Shown: positions 10,217 through 20,560, counted from the first letter of the stretch. The stretch is DNA of 64,000 nucleotides from Kangiellaceae bacterium (GCA_013373015.1 JABXIQ010000001.1:2198-66197); one strand, 5' to 3'. The notes: generated from the sequence alone by a model not told the origin. Translations and numbers: made by a program.

Positions 10217-10410
10217 TCATTGTTGACTGTTTATTCTAATTGACTGAATTGTAAGGTAATTCATACCTCTAATGAGTGGTAAGTCACAGTGCAAGCTATG
10301 CATTACACTTTTTGACATTTACACCTAATATCTGTGTATTGATTCAGTTAGTATTCACTGTAAAGCGATATGATGAGTTCGAAATTCGGGGAAAACTTGA
10401 GGAGAATATT

Positions 10411-11079
10411 ATGAAAATGTCGACCCCTGTTATAAAAACCTTAGCAGCAGCAATTGCTGCTGCAATGATTGGTACAGGCTGTACAGTATTAGACCCTTAT
10501 ACTGGCGAAGAAAAAACCAGTAAAGCGGTAAAGTATGGTGCAATTGGCGCGGTAGTCTGTGGTTTGATAGGAACTAGCAAGAACAAAGAAACTGCTGGTA
10601 AAGCAGCTTTAGGCTGTGGTGCAATCGGTGCTGGTATTGGTGCCTATATGGACCACCAAGAAAAGGAATTACGTGAAGAATTAGCTGGTACTGGTGTTGG
10701 CGTTCAACGTGAAGGTGATCAAATCCACTTAATCATGCCAGGCGATATCACCTTTGAAACTGACCGTTACGATATTAACGGTGACTTCTTCCCAGTATTA
10801 GATTCGGTTTCTAAGGTCTTATACAAGTATGTTGACACTAACTTACGCGTTGCAGGCTTTACCGACTCTGTAGGGGCTGATGCCTATAACCAAGAGTTGT
10901 CAGAAAAGCGTGCTAGCAGCGTTGCAAACTACTTGCGCCAACGTGAAATTGCTTCTGGCCGCTTACAACCTGTTGGTTATGGTGAAAAATACCCAGTAGC
11001 TCCTAACGAAACTGCAGATGGTCGCGCACTTAACCGTCGTGTTGAGTTGACCATTACAGCGGTAGAAAGAGCTGAATAA
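10411..11079 (+). CDS. OmpA-family (peptidoglycan-associated) lipoprotein
   Basis: Trimmed to ATG 10411, 6 nt after GAGGAG (10399-10404). It has a signal peptide with a probable lipobox (AAAMIGTG|C). The OmpA_C motifs GFTDSVGADAYNQELSEKRA and NRRVEL are present. Confidence 0.85.
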   Translation: MKMSTPVIKTLAAAIAAAMIGTGCTVLDPYTGEEKTSKAVKYGAIGAVVCGLIGTSKNKETAGKAALGCGAIGAGIGAYMDHQEKELREELAGTGVGVQREGDQIHLIMPGDITFETDRYDINGDFFPVLDSVSKVLYKYVDTNLRVAGFTDSVGADAYNQELSEKRASSVANYLRQREIASGRLQPVGYGEKYPVAPNETADGRALNRRVELTITAVERAE

Positions 11080-11096
11080 GCGATTTAGTACAAAAA

Positions 11097-11123
11097 GAAA
11101 GCGGCCCAAAGGTCGCTTTTTTT
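11097..11123 (+). terminator. rho-independent terminator after the OmpA-family gene
   Basis: GCGGCC-CAAA-GGTCGC hairpin (11101-11116) followed by a T7 run. Confidence 0.6.
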
Positions 11124-11237
11124 GTGCCTACTCTTTTTATAGCGTCAGCTTTCTTGTAAAATTAGCCCACTTTTGCTTTGGCTCCACTTCTTGATTTTAA
11201 TACGAGCCGCGATTCAAACCACCAATTAGGAATTCCA

Positions 11238-12275
11238 ATGAGCGACAAACAGTCATTAAGCTATAAAGACGCCGGTGTAGATATTGATGCAGGTAATGCA
11301 CTTGTTGAGCGTATTAAACACGTTTGCAAAAAGACACACCGCCCAGAAGTTCTCGGCAATATTGGTGGTTTCGGTGCCCTTTTCGACTTGCCTTCAGGCT
11401 ATGAAGAGCCGGCCTTAGTCGCTGGAACTGACGGTGTAGGCACCAAATTACGTTTGGCATTGAACCTTAATAAGCATGACACCGTAGGTATCGATTTAGT
11501 CGCCATGTGCGTCAATGACTTAATCGTTCAAGGTGCTGAACCCTTATTTTTCTTAGATTATTACGCAACAGGCAAGCTAGACGTTGATGTAGCGGCTGAT
11601 GTGATCACTGGTATCGCCAAAGGCTGTGAAATTTCTGGCTGCTCACTAATTGGTGGCGAGACGGCTGAAATGCCAGGCATGTACGAAGGCGATGATTATG
11701 ACCTAGCAGGCTTTTGCGTAGGTATTGTCGATAAAAAGAAAATCATTGATGGTAGCAAAGTTAAATCTGGCGACGTATTGCTTGGTTTAGCTTCTAGCGG
11801 CCCGCATTCAAACGGCTACTCGCTCATTCGCAAAATCCTTGAAGTTAGCGGCGAAGACGTGAATGCTGAATTCGACAATGGTAAAACCTTGGGTGAAACC
11901 TTGCTTGAGCCAACACGTATTTACGTTAAACCTTTGCTACGCCTATTCAAAGAGATTGAAATCAAAGCCATTTCACACATCACTGGTGGCGGCTTGCAAG
12001 AGAACTTACCGCGCGTATTGCCAAGTCATTGTAAAGCAGTAATTGACACCAACGCATGGCAAATGCCAAAAGTATTCCAGTGGTTACAAGAACAAGGCAA
12101 TGTTGATCGCCTCGAGATGTATCGTACATTCAACTGCGGCGTAGGCATGGTGTTAGTTGTGGCGGAAGAAAACGCCAAACACGCCAAAGAAATGCTAGAA
12201 ACTCTTGGCGAAACCGTTTACACCATGGGGCACATTGACAATAAAGCGGATGGTGAAGAACAAGTCATTCTTTAG
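11238..12275 (+). CDS. purM: phosphoribosylformylglycinamidine cyclo-ligase (AIR synthetase)
   Basis: Trimmed to ATG 11238 ([20 protein letters not shown]..., 345 aa); the track start 11178 is TTG. Conserved segments GTDGVGTKL and AISHITGGG are present. Confidence 0.95.
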   Translation: MSDKQSLSYKDAGVDIDAGNALVERIKHVCKKTHRPEVLGNIGGFGALFDLPSGYEEPALVAGTDGVGTKLRLALNLNKHDTVGIDLVAMCVNDLIVQGAEPLFFLDYYATGKLDVDVAADVITGIAKGCEISGCSLIGGETAEMPGMYEGDDYDLAGFCVGIVDKKKIIDGSKVKSGDVLLGLASSGPHSNGYSLIRKILEVSGEDVNAEFDNGKTLGETLLEPTRIYVKPLLRLFKEIEIKAISHITGGGLQENLPRVLPSHCKAVIDTNAWQMPKVFQWLQEQGNVDRLEMYRTFNCGVGMVLVVAEENAKHAKEMLETLGETVYTMGHIDNKADGEEQVIL

Positions 12276-12297
12276 TTGTCACTAGAAATCCCAATTC

Positions 12298-12903
12298 ATG
12301 AAAAATATTGTCGTTCTTATTTCAGGTAATGGAAGCAACCTGCAAGCGATTATTGATAGCGTCGAAAATGGCGCTATTAATGGTCAAATTACAGCCGTGA
12401 TTAGCAATAAACCAGAAGTTTATGGGCTACAACGCGCTGAACACAGTCATATTCCAGCACTTGTACTAGATCATCGAGAGTTTGATGATCGTAACCTATT
12501 TGAAGAAGAACTGATAAGCCTTATCGATGATCATAAACCTGACTTACTGGTTCTAGCTGGCTTTATGCGAATCTTAAGTTCAGAGTTTGTTCAGCATTAC
12601 CTTGGCAAAATAGTCAACATCCACCCTTCTCTACTCCCTAAATACAAAGGGTTGCATACGCACCGTCGAGTATTAGAGAATGGTGACACCGAACATGGTA
12701 CCAGCGTCCATTTTGTTACTGCAGAGTTAGACGGTGGCCCAATTATTGCGCAAAGGAAAATAACTGTTGAAGCCAATGACACTGAACAAAGTTTACAGCA
12801 AAAAATTCAGCAACAAGAGCACCAGCTCTACCCACAAGTTGTCGCTTGGTTCTGTGACGGCACACTTCGTTTCGAAGATGGGCAAGCCGTTTTCACAGAC
12901 TAA
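12298..12903 (+). CDS. purN: phosphoribosylglycinamide formyltransferase
   Basis: 201 aa with the motifs ISGNGSNLQAI, NIHPSLLPKYKG and TSVHFV. It lies directly downstream of purM. Confidence 0.95.
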   Translation: MKNIVVLISGNGSNLQAIIDSVENGAINGQITAVISNKPEVYGLQRAEHSHIPALVLDHREFDDRNLFEEELISLIDDHKPDLLVLAGFMRILSSEFVQHYLGKIVNIHPSLLPKYKGLHTHRRVLENGDTEHGTSVHFVTAELDGGPIIAQRKITVEANDTEQSLQQKIQQQEHQLYPQVVAWFCDGTLRFEDGQAVFTD

Positions 12904-13654
12904 AAACAACCTTCTCAGCATTGGACTTGTTTCTGCGCTCAGCCTGTTTGTACCACCCAATCTTGTAGCGCAAGATCATACGCCCATTCATAAGCTAAAC
13001 AAAAAAGGAGCAACGGAGATGCAAGTATTAAGCCCTTATACCATTCAGTATGATGTGATCCACGATGATGATAAAGTAGGATCTGCCTCGCGCAGCTTGG
13101 AGCAGTTAAGCAATGGGCAATGGCAAATTTCTATGCAGTCCAAGATCAAATACTATTTCTTGAAAGACAAGCGCCAAGAAACCAGCCGTTTTGAAGTCGT
13201 CGATAATATTATCCGCCCACTGCATTACCAGCGTCTGGCGGATACTAGTTTGAAATCAGATACCACTCTTATCCAACAATTTGACTGGCAAAATGGTTTG
13301 GAACAAGGTTCCTACAAAGATAAAAAATGGTCTAACCCAATATCTATCGGGCTACTCGATCAATTAACTCAATTATTAGCAGTACGCGATCAGCTATTAT
13401 CTCAACAAGCACTAAAACCTATTGATATAAGTTATCGTGGCGGAGTACGTCATCACGAATTTAAAGTGATTGGCCAAGAAACCTTAAAAACTGCTGAGGG
13501 TGATATTGAAACCGCCATCGTACAACTCGATGAAAAAGGCCGTGAACGCCAAACCAACTTCTGGTTCGCTCTTAATGACAATATGCTGCCATTACAAATC
13601 CAGCGTATCAAAGAAGGCAAAGAAGAAGCGAAATTGATTGCCACTGATTGGTAA
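12878..13654 (+). CDS. secreted protein of unknown function (DUF3108-like)
   Basis: The track ORF starts inside purN, so it is trimmed to ATG 12878 (MGKPFSQTKNNLLSIGLVSALSLFVPPNLVAQD, a signal peptide). It overlaps the purN end by 26 nt. The family call is from remembered synteny downstream of purN. Confidence 0.5.
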   Translation: MGKPFSQTKNNLLSIGLVSALSLFVPPNLVAQDHTPIHKLNKKGATEMQVLSPYTIQYDVIHDDDKVGSASRSLEQLSNGQWQISMQSKIKYYFLKDKRQETSRFEVVDNIIRPLHYQRLADTSLKSDTTLIQQFDWQNGLEQGSYKDKKWSNPISIGLLDQLTQLLAVRDQLLSQQALKPIDISYRGGVRHHEFKVIGQETLKTAEGDIETAIVQLDEKGRERQTNFWFALNDNMLPLQIQRIKEGKEEAKLIATDW

Positions 13655-13740
13655 ACATCTTTGCCGCAATTATATTAGATTGTAATATCCTTAAGTATTC
13701 CCTATATTTAGTTATAAGGGATATTTAGGAAAATTAAATA

Positions 13741-14289
13741 ATGTTCATTGCATTACTCATTGTTGCAGTAATTATCATTTGGGCGCTACTCAGCTACAAT
13801 TCTTTAATACATTTAAAAAATCAGGTTGCATCCGCTTGGAGCGATATTGATGTTCAACTCACCCGCCGCCATGAGTTAATTCCACAACTGGTTAAAACAG
13901 TACAAGCCTACAAAGATTATGAAAAAGAAACGTTAGCTTTAACCACATTGTTGAGAAGTGCCAAACAAAACAATTCACCAAAAGAGCAACAATCTTTAGA
14001 GCAAAAAATTAATATTCAACTGGGAAAAATCACCTTGCTGCAAGAGGCATATCCAGATCTTAAAGCTGATCAATCCTTTCTAGAGTTAATGGAAAACCTA
14101 TCGGATACCGAAGATAAACTGCAATATGCACGTCGCTACTACAATGGTAGCGTTAAAGCTTTTAATACTAAAGTACAGCAGATCCCTGACAATATTATTG
14201 CTACGCTTTTTAAGTTTTCAGAAGCACAATTTTTTGAACTTGAAACTAGCGATATGGCAAAAAAAATTAAGGTGCAACTTGATGATTAA
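13741..14289 (+). CDS. LemA family protein
   Basis: 182 aa with an N-terminal TM helix and the LemA core (YNSLIHLKNQV..., RRYYNGSVKAFNTKVQQIPDNIIA). Confidence 0.85.
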   Translation: MFIALLIVAVIIIWALLSYNSLIHLKNQVASAWSDIDVQLTRRHELIPQLVKTVQAYKDYEKETLALTTLLRSAKQNNSPKEQQSLEQKINIQLGKITLLQEAYPDLKADQSFLELMENLSDTEDKLQYARRYYNGSVKAFNTKVQQIPDNIIATLFKFSEAQFFELETSDMAKKIKVQLDD

Positions 14290-16027
14290 AAACATTGTTA
14301 TTCTACTGGTTACTCTAGTTGCTTTTAGTTCTGTCTCGGCAGAAGAGAAAATATTACACTTTGATAGTCATGTTGAGATTAACCAAGATACGAGTCTATT
14401 AGTCACCGAAACTATTACCGTACAAGCTGAAGGCCAGCAAATTCAAAGGGGTATATTTAGAGAGTTTCCAACTAATTATCGCGACAGGTTAGGCAATAAT
14501 TACCAAGTCGCCTTTGATATTGTTTCTGTTAAGCGCAACGGGCAGACTGAAAACTGGTTTACCAAAGATCTGCAAAACGGCGTCCGTCTGTATATTGGAT
14601 CAAAAGATAGGTTTATCAACAAAGGCCAACATCAATATCAAATCCAATACAAAACCAACAATCAGCTTGGTTACTTCGATGAGTTTGATGAACTGTATTG
14701 GAATGTTACAGGAAACGACTGGAAATTCACCATTGAAAAAGCTACTGCAACTATTGAATTGCCAAGCTCTATTGATAGGGAGCAAGTCAAATACCAAGCC
14801 TACACAGGATATTTTGGTGCTTCAGAGCAAAACTTCGCTATTGTAGAGCATACTAATCAACAGCTCCGTTTTGAAAGTACTCAACCGCTATTACCGAGTC
14901 AAGGATTGACCGTGGCAGTCGGTTGGCCCAAAGGTTTTGTAGATGAACCGAGTGCCACAGATATCATATTACGTACCCTCAATCAAAATCGTCATCTTTT
15001 TGCTTTCTTGATTGGGTTATTAGCTGTTTTAAGCTATTACTATAAGGTTTGGAGTAAACACGGTCGTGACCCTAAAGGTGGCGTTATTATTCCAATCTAT
15101 GATCCACCTGAAAAAGAATCGCCCGCAGCCATGCGCTATATTCTCAATCAAAGCTATGATCTAAAAACCTTTACTACCGCTATTATTTCATTAGCACGAA
15201 AAGGCTATTTAACCATTGAGGAGCTCTCTAAACAGAAGTTTACCTTAAAGAAAACTGGCAAAGAGATTGCCTTTTCTCCAGGTGAACGAGCGCTGGCTAC
15301 TTACCTATTCTTGGACAATGATGAGATCATAACCAAAAATAAAAACCACAGACGATTTTCTAGCGCAATGAAAGCACATCGAGACTCCTTAAAGAAGGAC
15401 TATAAAAATACTTATTTCAAAAGTAACGCCAGCTACGCCTTGATCGGATTTTTACTTTCAGTAGCAACCTTAATTATAGGCGTAATAGTTAAGCACCCTT
15501 TTGCATCCATTGGCTTATCAGTTGTCGCAACATCTGTTTTACTGATTTTAATCAATATTATATTTACCATTTTGCTAAAAGCCCCAACTATAATTGGTCG
15601 TCAATTTATGGATAAAGCGCAAGGACTAAAACAATATTTAACCATCGCCGAAGGTGATGAATTACGTAGCCGCTACCCACTAGACAAAACTCCAGAAACC
15701 TTTGAACGCTATCTTCCTTATGCGTTTGCTTTAGATATTGAAGATACTTGGGTTGATCAATTTGGTGATATTCTAGAACAAGCCTTTGTAGATCCAAATG
15801 GCAAAAAGAGCTCTTTTCCTGTGTGGTATCAAGGTGACAGTAAAAACATCCACTCACTAGCGGGAATGACAAAGTCATTGGACTCAAGTTTCTCTTCAAG
15901 TATCTCATCAGCAGCAACACCTCCAGGCTCAAGCTCAGGTAGTGGTTACTCTTCAGGAGGTGGCTTTTCTGGTGGTGGAGGCTTTTCAGGAGGCGGCGGC
16001 GGCGGCGGTGGCGGTGGTGGCTGGTAA
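14282..16027 (+). CDS. DUF2207 domain membrane protein
   Basis: Trimmed to ATG 14282, giving an ATGATTAA overlap with the lemA stop. It has a signal peptide, an extracytoplasmic N-terminal domain and several TM helices. The characteristic Gly/Ser-rich tail reads SSGGGFSGGGGFSGGGGGGGGGGGW. Confidence 0.8.
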   Translation: MIKNIVILLVTLVAFSSVSAEEKILHFDSHVEINQDTSLLVTETITVQAEGQQIQRGIFREFPTNYRDRLGNNYQVAFDIVSVKRNGQTENWFTKDLQNGVRLYIGSKDRFINKGQHQYQIQYKTNNQLGYFDEFDELYWNVTGNDWKFTIEKATATIELPSSIDREQVKYQAYTGYFGASEQNFAIVEHTNQQLRFESTQPLLPSQGLTVAVGWPKGFVDEPSATDIILRTLNQNRHLFAFLIGLLAVLSYYYKVWSKHGRDPKGGVIIPIYDPPEKESPAAMRYILNQSYDLKTFTTAIISLARKGYLTIEELSKQKFTLKKTGKEIAFSPGERALATYLFLDNDEIITKNKNHRRFSSAMKAHRDSLKKDYKNTYFKSNASYALIGFLLSVATLIIGVIVKHPFASIGLSVVATSVLLILINIIFTILLKAPTIIGRQFMDKAQGLKQYLTIAEGDELRSRYPLDKTPETFERYLPYAFALDIEDTWVDQFGDILEQAFVDPNGKKSSFPVWYQGDSKNIHSLAGMTKSLDSSFSSSISSAATPPGSSSGSGYSSGGGFSGGGGFSGGGGGGGGGGGW

Positions 16028-16029
16028 AG

Positions 16030-16554
16030 ATGGAGATATTTAATTTGGTCTTAGACTATACCGACAAAATAATCACACTATTATTCGGCGTAGCTGCATC
16101 AATATGGGCTTTTAATAAATGGAAAAAACGAGAAGAGCACTTTCCAAGAATAAACTTCAAAATTGATGCTAACATCATTGGTAAAAAAGATAACGAGTAT
16201 ATTGTGGAAGTTATAAGTACACTTGAAAACAAAGGATTGGTACCGTTAAAAATTAGTCATTTTATTTGTAATATAAGAGGCTTAAAAGAATCCGATAAAC
16301 TACTGCTTGGTAACTCCAAGATAAGAGGACAGGTTAATTTTAAACACCTCATCGTAGAAGGGCCATTTTTCCCAGATACTTGGGACTACTCTTTTGTTTA
16401 TCCAGGAGTAACCACAAAGTATAGCTATATCACTAAAATACCAGAGTCTATGAAATTTATTTTGATTAAAGGTAGATTTCACTACTACAAAAACGGCGAA
16501 AGCCACCACGCAGGAAAACTAATAAATCTACATGATAGCTTCGATGGAAGTTAA
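16030..16554 (+). CDS. hypothetical single-pass membrane protein (orphan)
   Basis: 174 aa. The ATG is 2 nt after the DUF2207 stop. It has an N-terminal TM helix ([15 protein letters not shown]) and then a beta-rich soluble part. No recognisable motif. The stop overlaps the convergent dcd stop by 4 nt. Confidence 0.5.
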   Translation: MEIFNLVLDYTDKIITLLFGVAASIWAFNKWKKREEHFPRINFKIDANIIGKKDNEYIVEVISTLENKGLVPLKISHFICNIRGLKESDKLLLGNSKIRGQVNFKHLIVEGPFFPDTWDYSFVYPGVTTKYSYITKIPESMKFILIKGRFHYYKNGESHHAGKLINLHDSFDGS

Positions 16555-17117
16555 GTCTTAGGTAAAGTCACCCCTGTTTGACCTTGGTATTTACCGCCAC
16601 GGTCACCATAAGAAGTTTCACAAATTTCGTCTGATTCGAAGAACAACATTTGCGCAACACCTTCATTGGCATAAATCTTTGCTGGTAATGGTGTTGTGTT
16701 AGAAAACTCCAGCGTAACGTGCCCTTCCCACTCAGGCTCAAGCGGCGTGACGTTCACAATAATGCCACAGCGCGCATAAGTAGATTTACCCAAACACACA
16801 GTCAGCACAGAACGTGGAATACGGAAATACTCAACGGTTCGGGCTAGAGCGAATGAGTTTGGCGGAATAATACACACATCCGATTGCACATCAACGAAGC
16901 TTTGCTCATCGAAATGTTTCGGGTCTACCACGCTCGAGTGAACATTAGTAAAAATCTTAAATTCATTAGCACAGCGCACGTCATAGCCGTAGCTCGAAGT
17001 ACCGTATGAAACGATGCGGTTATCACCGTCGTAGCGAACTTGACCTGGCTCAAAAGGCTCAATCATTCCTTCATTTTCCGCCATTCTGCGGATCCATTTA
17101 TCGGATTTAATACTCAT
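16551..17117 (-). CDS. dcd: dCTP deaminase
   Basis: 188 aa and collinear with enterobacterial Dcd ([13 protein letters not shown]..., [27 protein letters not shown]). Confidence 0.95.
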   Translation of the reverse strand: MSIKSDKWIRRMAENEGMIEPFEPGQVRYDGDNRIVSYGTSSYGYDVRCANEFKIFTNVHSSVVDPKHFDEQSFVDVQSDVCIIPPNSFALARTVEYFRIPRSVLTVCLGKSTYARCGIIVNVTPLEPEWEGHVTLEFSNTTPLPAKIYANEGVAQMLFFESDEICETSYGDRGGKYQGQTGVTLPKT

Positions 17118-17192
17118 AATTTTTCTCTTTTACTTCGCTATTTCCACCAAAGTGGGAATTTTCAATTAAGTTTTTATTTTTACAGCACCTAG

Positions 17193-17212
17193 ATTCCCGC
17201 TTCCGCGGGAAT
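17193..17212. other. perfect 8-bp-stem hairpin ATTCCCGC-TTCC-GCGGGAAT
   Basis: The inverted repeat was read directly from the sequence. It lies 13 nt downstream of the apbC stop and has no adjoining U-tract. It fits the pattern ATTCCC-N8-GGGAAT. Confidence 0.5.
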
Positions 17213-17224
17213 GACAGCTTAGAG

Positions 17225-18313
17225 TTACGTATTCTCGATAGTTATCGTCGGAAAATCAGCCCTAAACTCTTTTTCCTGTAGCGCCAATTTAGCAGCCATA
17301 CGCTGAGCAATCGCAATATAGTTCTTTGAAATATCGCCATTAGGTTCGGCCGCTACCGTTGGCATTCCTTGATCAGACTGCTCACGAATAGCTAATGCTA
17401 ATGGCAAACTGCCTAATAATTCAACGCCGATTTCTTGCGCCAATTTCTCACCACCGCCGAAACCAAATACATGCTCTTGATGACCACAATTTGAACAGGT
17501 GTGCATAGCCATATTTTCAACAACACCCAACACAGGAACCGAAACTTTATCAAACATGGTCACTGCTTTACGCGCGTCAGCCAGAGCTATATCCTGCGGT
17601 GTTGTGACCACCACCGCTGCAGTAACTGGTATTTTTTGCGCCATAGTCAATTGAATATCGCCCGTTCCTGGCGGTAAATCAATAATCAAATAATCCAGAT
17701 CTTGCCATTGAGTATCGTTGATCAACTGCTGTAAAGCACCACTAGCCATTGGGCCACGCCAAACCATTGCTTGCTCAGGTTTAATTAAGTAACCAATAGA
17801 CATCGACTGGATACCATGACTTTCAATCGGCAAAATAGTTTTTTTATCGGTACTTTCTGGGTGTTTTCCTTGCTTACCCAGCATGATCGGCATACTCGGA
17901 CCATAAATATCGGCATCCAGAACTCCCACATTAGCACCTAGAGTCTTAAGCGCTAAAGCAAGGTTCACAGAAGTGGTTGATTTACCTACCCCGCCTTTGC
18001 CTGAAGCCACAGCAATAATATTCTTAATATTCGGCATTGCTTGAACTTTTGCTGGATGAGCGTGCGCTTCTACACGCCATTTAATATCCAACTCAAACTC
18101 CGCGTCAGGCAAAGCTTTGTTAAGCAAGGCAACAAGCTTATGTTCTAATTCTTGCTGATAAGTACCAAGCGGAAAGCCAAATTTTAGCGAAACGGTTGCT
18201 CGGTTGCCGTCAATTTGAATATTTTTTATCGCTTTAGCCTCTATAAGACCGTTAACCAATAAATCATCTTGATAACTATTGAGCTGCTGTGTAATTGCTT
18301 CTTGTGTCAGCAT
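17225..18313 (-). CDS. apbC: Fe-S cluster carrier ATPase ApbC/Mrp
   Basis: It has the deviant Walker A motif ASGKGGVGKSTTS and the CxxC motif CSNCGH. It is divergent from metG, as in E. coli. The track start 18334 is TTG, so it is trimmed to ATG 18313 (MLTQEAI...). Confidence 0.9.
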   Translation of the reverse strand: MLTQEAITQQLNSYQDDLLVNGLIEAKAIKNIQIDGNRATVSLKFGFPLGTYQQELEHKLVALLNKALPDAEFELDIKWRVEAHAHPAKVQAMPNIKNIIAVASGKGGVGKSTTSVNLALALKTLGANVGVLDADIYGPSMPIMLGKQGKHPESTDKKTILPIESHGIQSMSIGYLIKPEQAMVWRGPMASGALQQLINDTQWQDLDYLIIDLPPGTGDIQLTMAQKIPVTAAVVVTTPQDIALADARKAVTMFDKVSVPVLGVVENMAMHTCSNCGHQEHVFGFGGGEKLAQEIGVELLGSLPLALAIREQSDQGMPTVAAEPNGDISKNYIAIAQRMAAKLALQEKEFRADFPTITIENT

Positions 18314-18532
18314 GATGGGCAAAATTCTGCGCAATTGTGTGAAAGTGGTTCAAAGTCTAAGGCTTTTACACCAGAAAACCAAGCCAGAGAGGACGATATA
18401 ACCAATTAATTAATGAAAAATTGATCCAAAACAAGTACCATTTGCGGCTAAGTTAGTGATTTTATAAAAACAAGGCTTTCAGGCTTATTGGCTAGACAAG
18501 CAGCTAGACGAATACAGGCTTATTACAACAAT

Positions 18533-20560
18533 ATGACTAAACGCAATATTTTAATTACCAGCGCATTACCTTATGCAAACGGCTCAATACATATTGGCCA
18601 TTTATTGGAGCATATTCAAACCGATATTTGGGCTCGTTTTCAGCGTGCACGCGGCCACAACTGTATCAGCGTTTGTGCTGACGATACTCACGGCACACCC
18701 GTCATGTTGCGTGCTCAAAAATTAGGCAAAACGCCAGAAGAATTCATTGCAGAAAGTAAAGCTGAACATGAACAAGATCTCGTCAACTGCCTTGTTGAAT
18801 ATGACAACTATCATTCAACACATAGCCCTGAATCCAAAGAATTAACCCAAGCCATTTATCTTAAACTCAAAGAAAATGGCTATATCAGCTCAAAAACTAT
18901 CAATCAGCTATACGATCCTGAAAAGGAAATGTTCTTACCTGATCGCTTTGTTAAAGGCACTTGCCCTAAGTGCGATTCAGAAGATCAGTACGGTGATAAC
19001 TGTGATAATTGCGGTGCAACTTATGATCCGACCGAATTAAAGAATCCTAAATCAGCGGTTTCTGGGGCAACACCTATCATGAAAGAGTCTGAGCACTTTT
19101 TCTTTGATTTAAAGAATTTTGAGCAGTTTTTACGTAAGTGGCTTAGTGAAGATAATCATGTTCAATCCGAAGTTCAAAACAAGATGAACGAATGGTTAGA
19201 TGATTTACGCCAATGGGATATTTCACGTGATGCACCCTATTTCGGCTGGGAAATTCCAGGTGAGAAAGGTAAATATTTCTATGTATGGCTTGATGCCCCT
19301 ATTGGCTACATGGCAAGTTTTAAAAATTTATGCGACAGAACTGATGGTTTAAATTTTGACGATTTTTGGGCAAAGGACAGCAGTGCCGAGGTGTATCACA
19401 ATATTGGCAAAGATATTATCTACTTCCACACCTTATTTTGGCCGTCTGTGTTAGAAGGCTCTGGCTATAGAACACCAACAGCGGTTTGGGCTCATGGTTT
19501 CCTAACAGTTAACGGACAAAAAATGTCTAAGTCTAAGGGTACTTTTATTAAGGCTGGTACTTATCTTAAGCACTTAAACCCTGAATATTTGCGCTATTAT
19601 TTTGCCGCTAAATTGTCATCTAAAATTGACGATTTCGACTTAAACTTAGAAGACTTTGCTCAGCGTGTAAACTCAGATTTAGTTGGCAAACTCGTTAATA
19701 TCGCAAGTCGTTGCTCTGGTTTCATTACTAAACAGTTTGATAGCAAGCTGAGTTCACAAGTCATTGAGCCAGAGCTTTTACAAGAATTTACCGATGCTTC
19801 AGAAGCAATTGCTAAATTGTATGAAACTCGTGAATTTGGCAAAGCGATGAAAATGATTATGGCACTAGCAGATAAAGCCAATGCTTATATTGCAGAGAAA
19901 GAGCCATGGAAATTAGCCAAAAATGACGATACCAAGCAGCTTGCCCATGACGTATGTAGCCTAGGCATTAACATGTTTAAAGTCTTGGTGACATATTTAG
20001 CACCTGTGCTGCCAAGCTTAGCAGAGAAAGTACGCGAATTTTTGCAGCTTGAAACAATGAATTGGAATAGTGCACAGGCAATTTTAGTTAATTACGAAAT
20101 CAACAAGTTCAAACCCATGATGCAACGTATTGATATGAAAGATATCGAAACCATGATTGAAGAGTCTAAAGAAGATTTACAAGCAGAAGCCGACAAAGCT
20201 CCGCAAGCAGAGCTTGAAGATCCCATTAAGGACGAAATTCAATTTGGTGATTTTGATAAGATTGATCTACGCATCGCAAAAATTGCCAAAGCAGAACACG
20301 TTGAAGGCGCTGATAAATTACTCAAATTGCAGCTGGATCTTGGCAATGGAGTTACCAAACAAGTGTTTGCAGGCATCAAAGCAGCCTATTCTCCTGAAGA
20401 TTTGCAAGGTAAGTTAACGGTAATGGTAGCGAACCTTGCACCTCGCAAGATGAAGTTTGGCATGTCAGAAGGTATGGTATTGGCTGCTGGTCCTGGTGGC
20501 AGTGAGCTGTGGATCTTAAACCCTGATGAAGGTGCAAAGCCTGGAATGCGCGTTAAATAA
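18533..20560 (+). CDS. metG: methionine--tRNA ligase
   Basis: Trimmed to ATG 18533 ([17 protein letters not shown], 675 aa). Signatures present are HIGH (SIHIGHLLE), KMSKS (GQKMSKSKG) and the zinc knuckle [18 protein letters not shown]. The C-terminal tRNA-binding domain is also present. Confidence 0.95.
   Translation: MTKRNILITSALPYANGSIHIGHLLEHIQTDIWARFQRARGHNCISVCADDTHGTPVMLRAQKLGKTPEEFIAESKAEHEQDLVNCLVEYDNYHSTHSPESKELTQAIYLKLKENGYISSKTINQLYDPEKEMFLPDRFVKGTCPKCDSEDQYGDNCDNCGATYDPTELKNPKSAVSGATPIMKESEHFFFDLKNFEQFLRKWLSEDNHVQSEVQNKMNEWLDDLRQWDISRDAPYFGWEIPGEKGKYFYVWLDAPIGYMASFKNLCDRTDGLNFDDFWAKDSSAEVYHNIGKDIIYFHTLFWPSVLEGSGYRTPTAVWAHGFLTVNGQKMSKSKGTFIKAGTYLKHLNPEYLRYYFAAKLSSKIDDFDLNLEDFAQRVNSDLVGKLVNIASRCSGFITKQFDSKLSSQVIEPELLQEFTDASEAIAKLYETREFGKAMKMIMALADKANAYIAEKEPWKLAKNDDTKQLAHDVCSLGINMFKVLVTYLAPVLPSLAEKVREFLQLETMNWNSAQAILVNYEINKFKPMMQRIDMKDIETMIEESKEDLQAEADKAPQAELEDPIKDEIQFGDFDKIDLRIAKIAKAEHVEGADKLLKLQLDLGNGVTKQVFAGIKAAYSPEDLQGKLTVMVANLAPRKMKFGMSEGMVLAAGPGGSELWILNPDEGAKPGMRVK

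Noticed and set aside
10276-10410. N-terminal extensions in the ORF track from upstream TTG/GTG codons. This applies here and at 750-818, 11178-11237, 18488-18532, 27142-27180, 27857-27862, 35653-35706, 37283-37306 and 57067-57084.
   Set aside because: In each case an internal ATG gives the canonical protein N-terminus or length, or a signal peptide. That ATG also has a Shine-Dalgarno sequence or abuts the stop of the upstream gene. The extensions would overlap upstream genes or add non-homologous residues.
12767-12877. The DUF3108-like ORF starting inside purN
   Set aside because: The first 37 codons overlap purN in another frame. ATG 12878 begins a textbook signal peptide.
14126-14281. The DUF2207 ORF starting inside lemA
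   Set aside because: ATG 14282 (MIKNIVILLVTLVAFSSVSA) gives a signal peptide and an ATGATTAA coupling overlap. The upstream part is out-of-frame lemA sequence.
15958-16027. GGN-codon tract (GGTGGTGGAGGC...GGCGGCGGCGGCGGCGGTGGCGGTGGTGGC) as a phase-variation switch
   Set aside because: It is an imperfect triplet repeat, so slippage would stay in frame. A Gly-rich tail is a normal feature of DUF2207 proteins.
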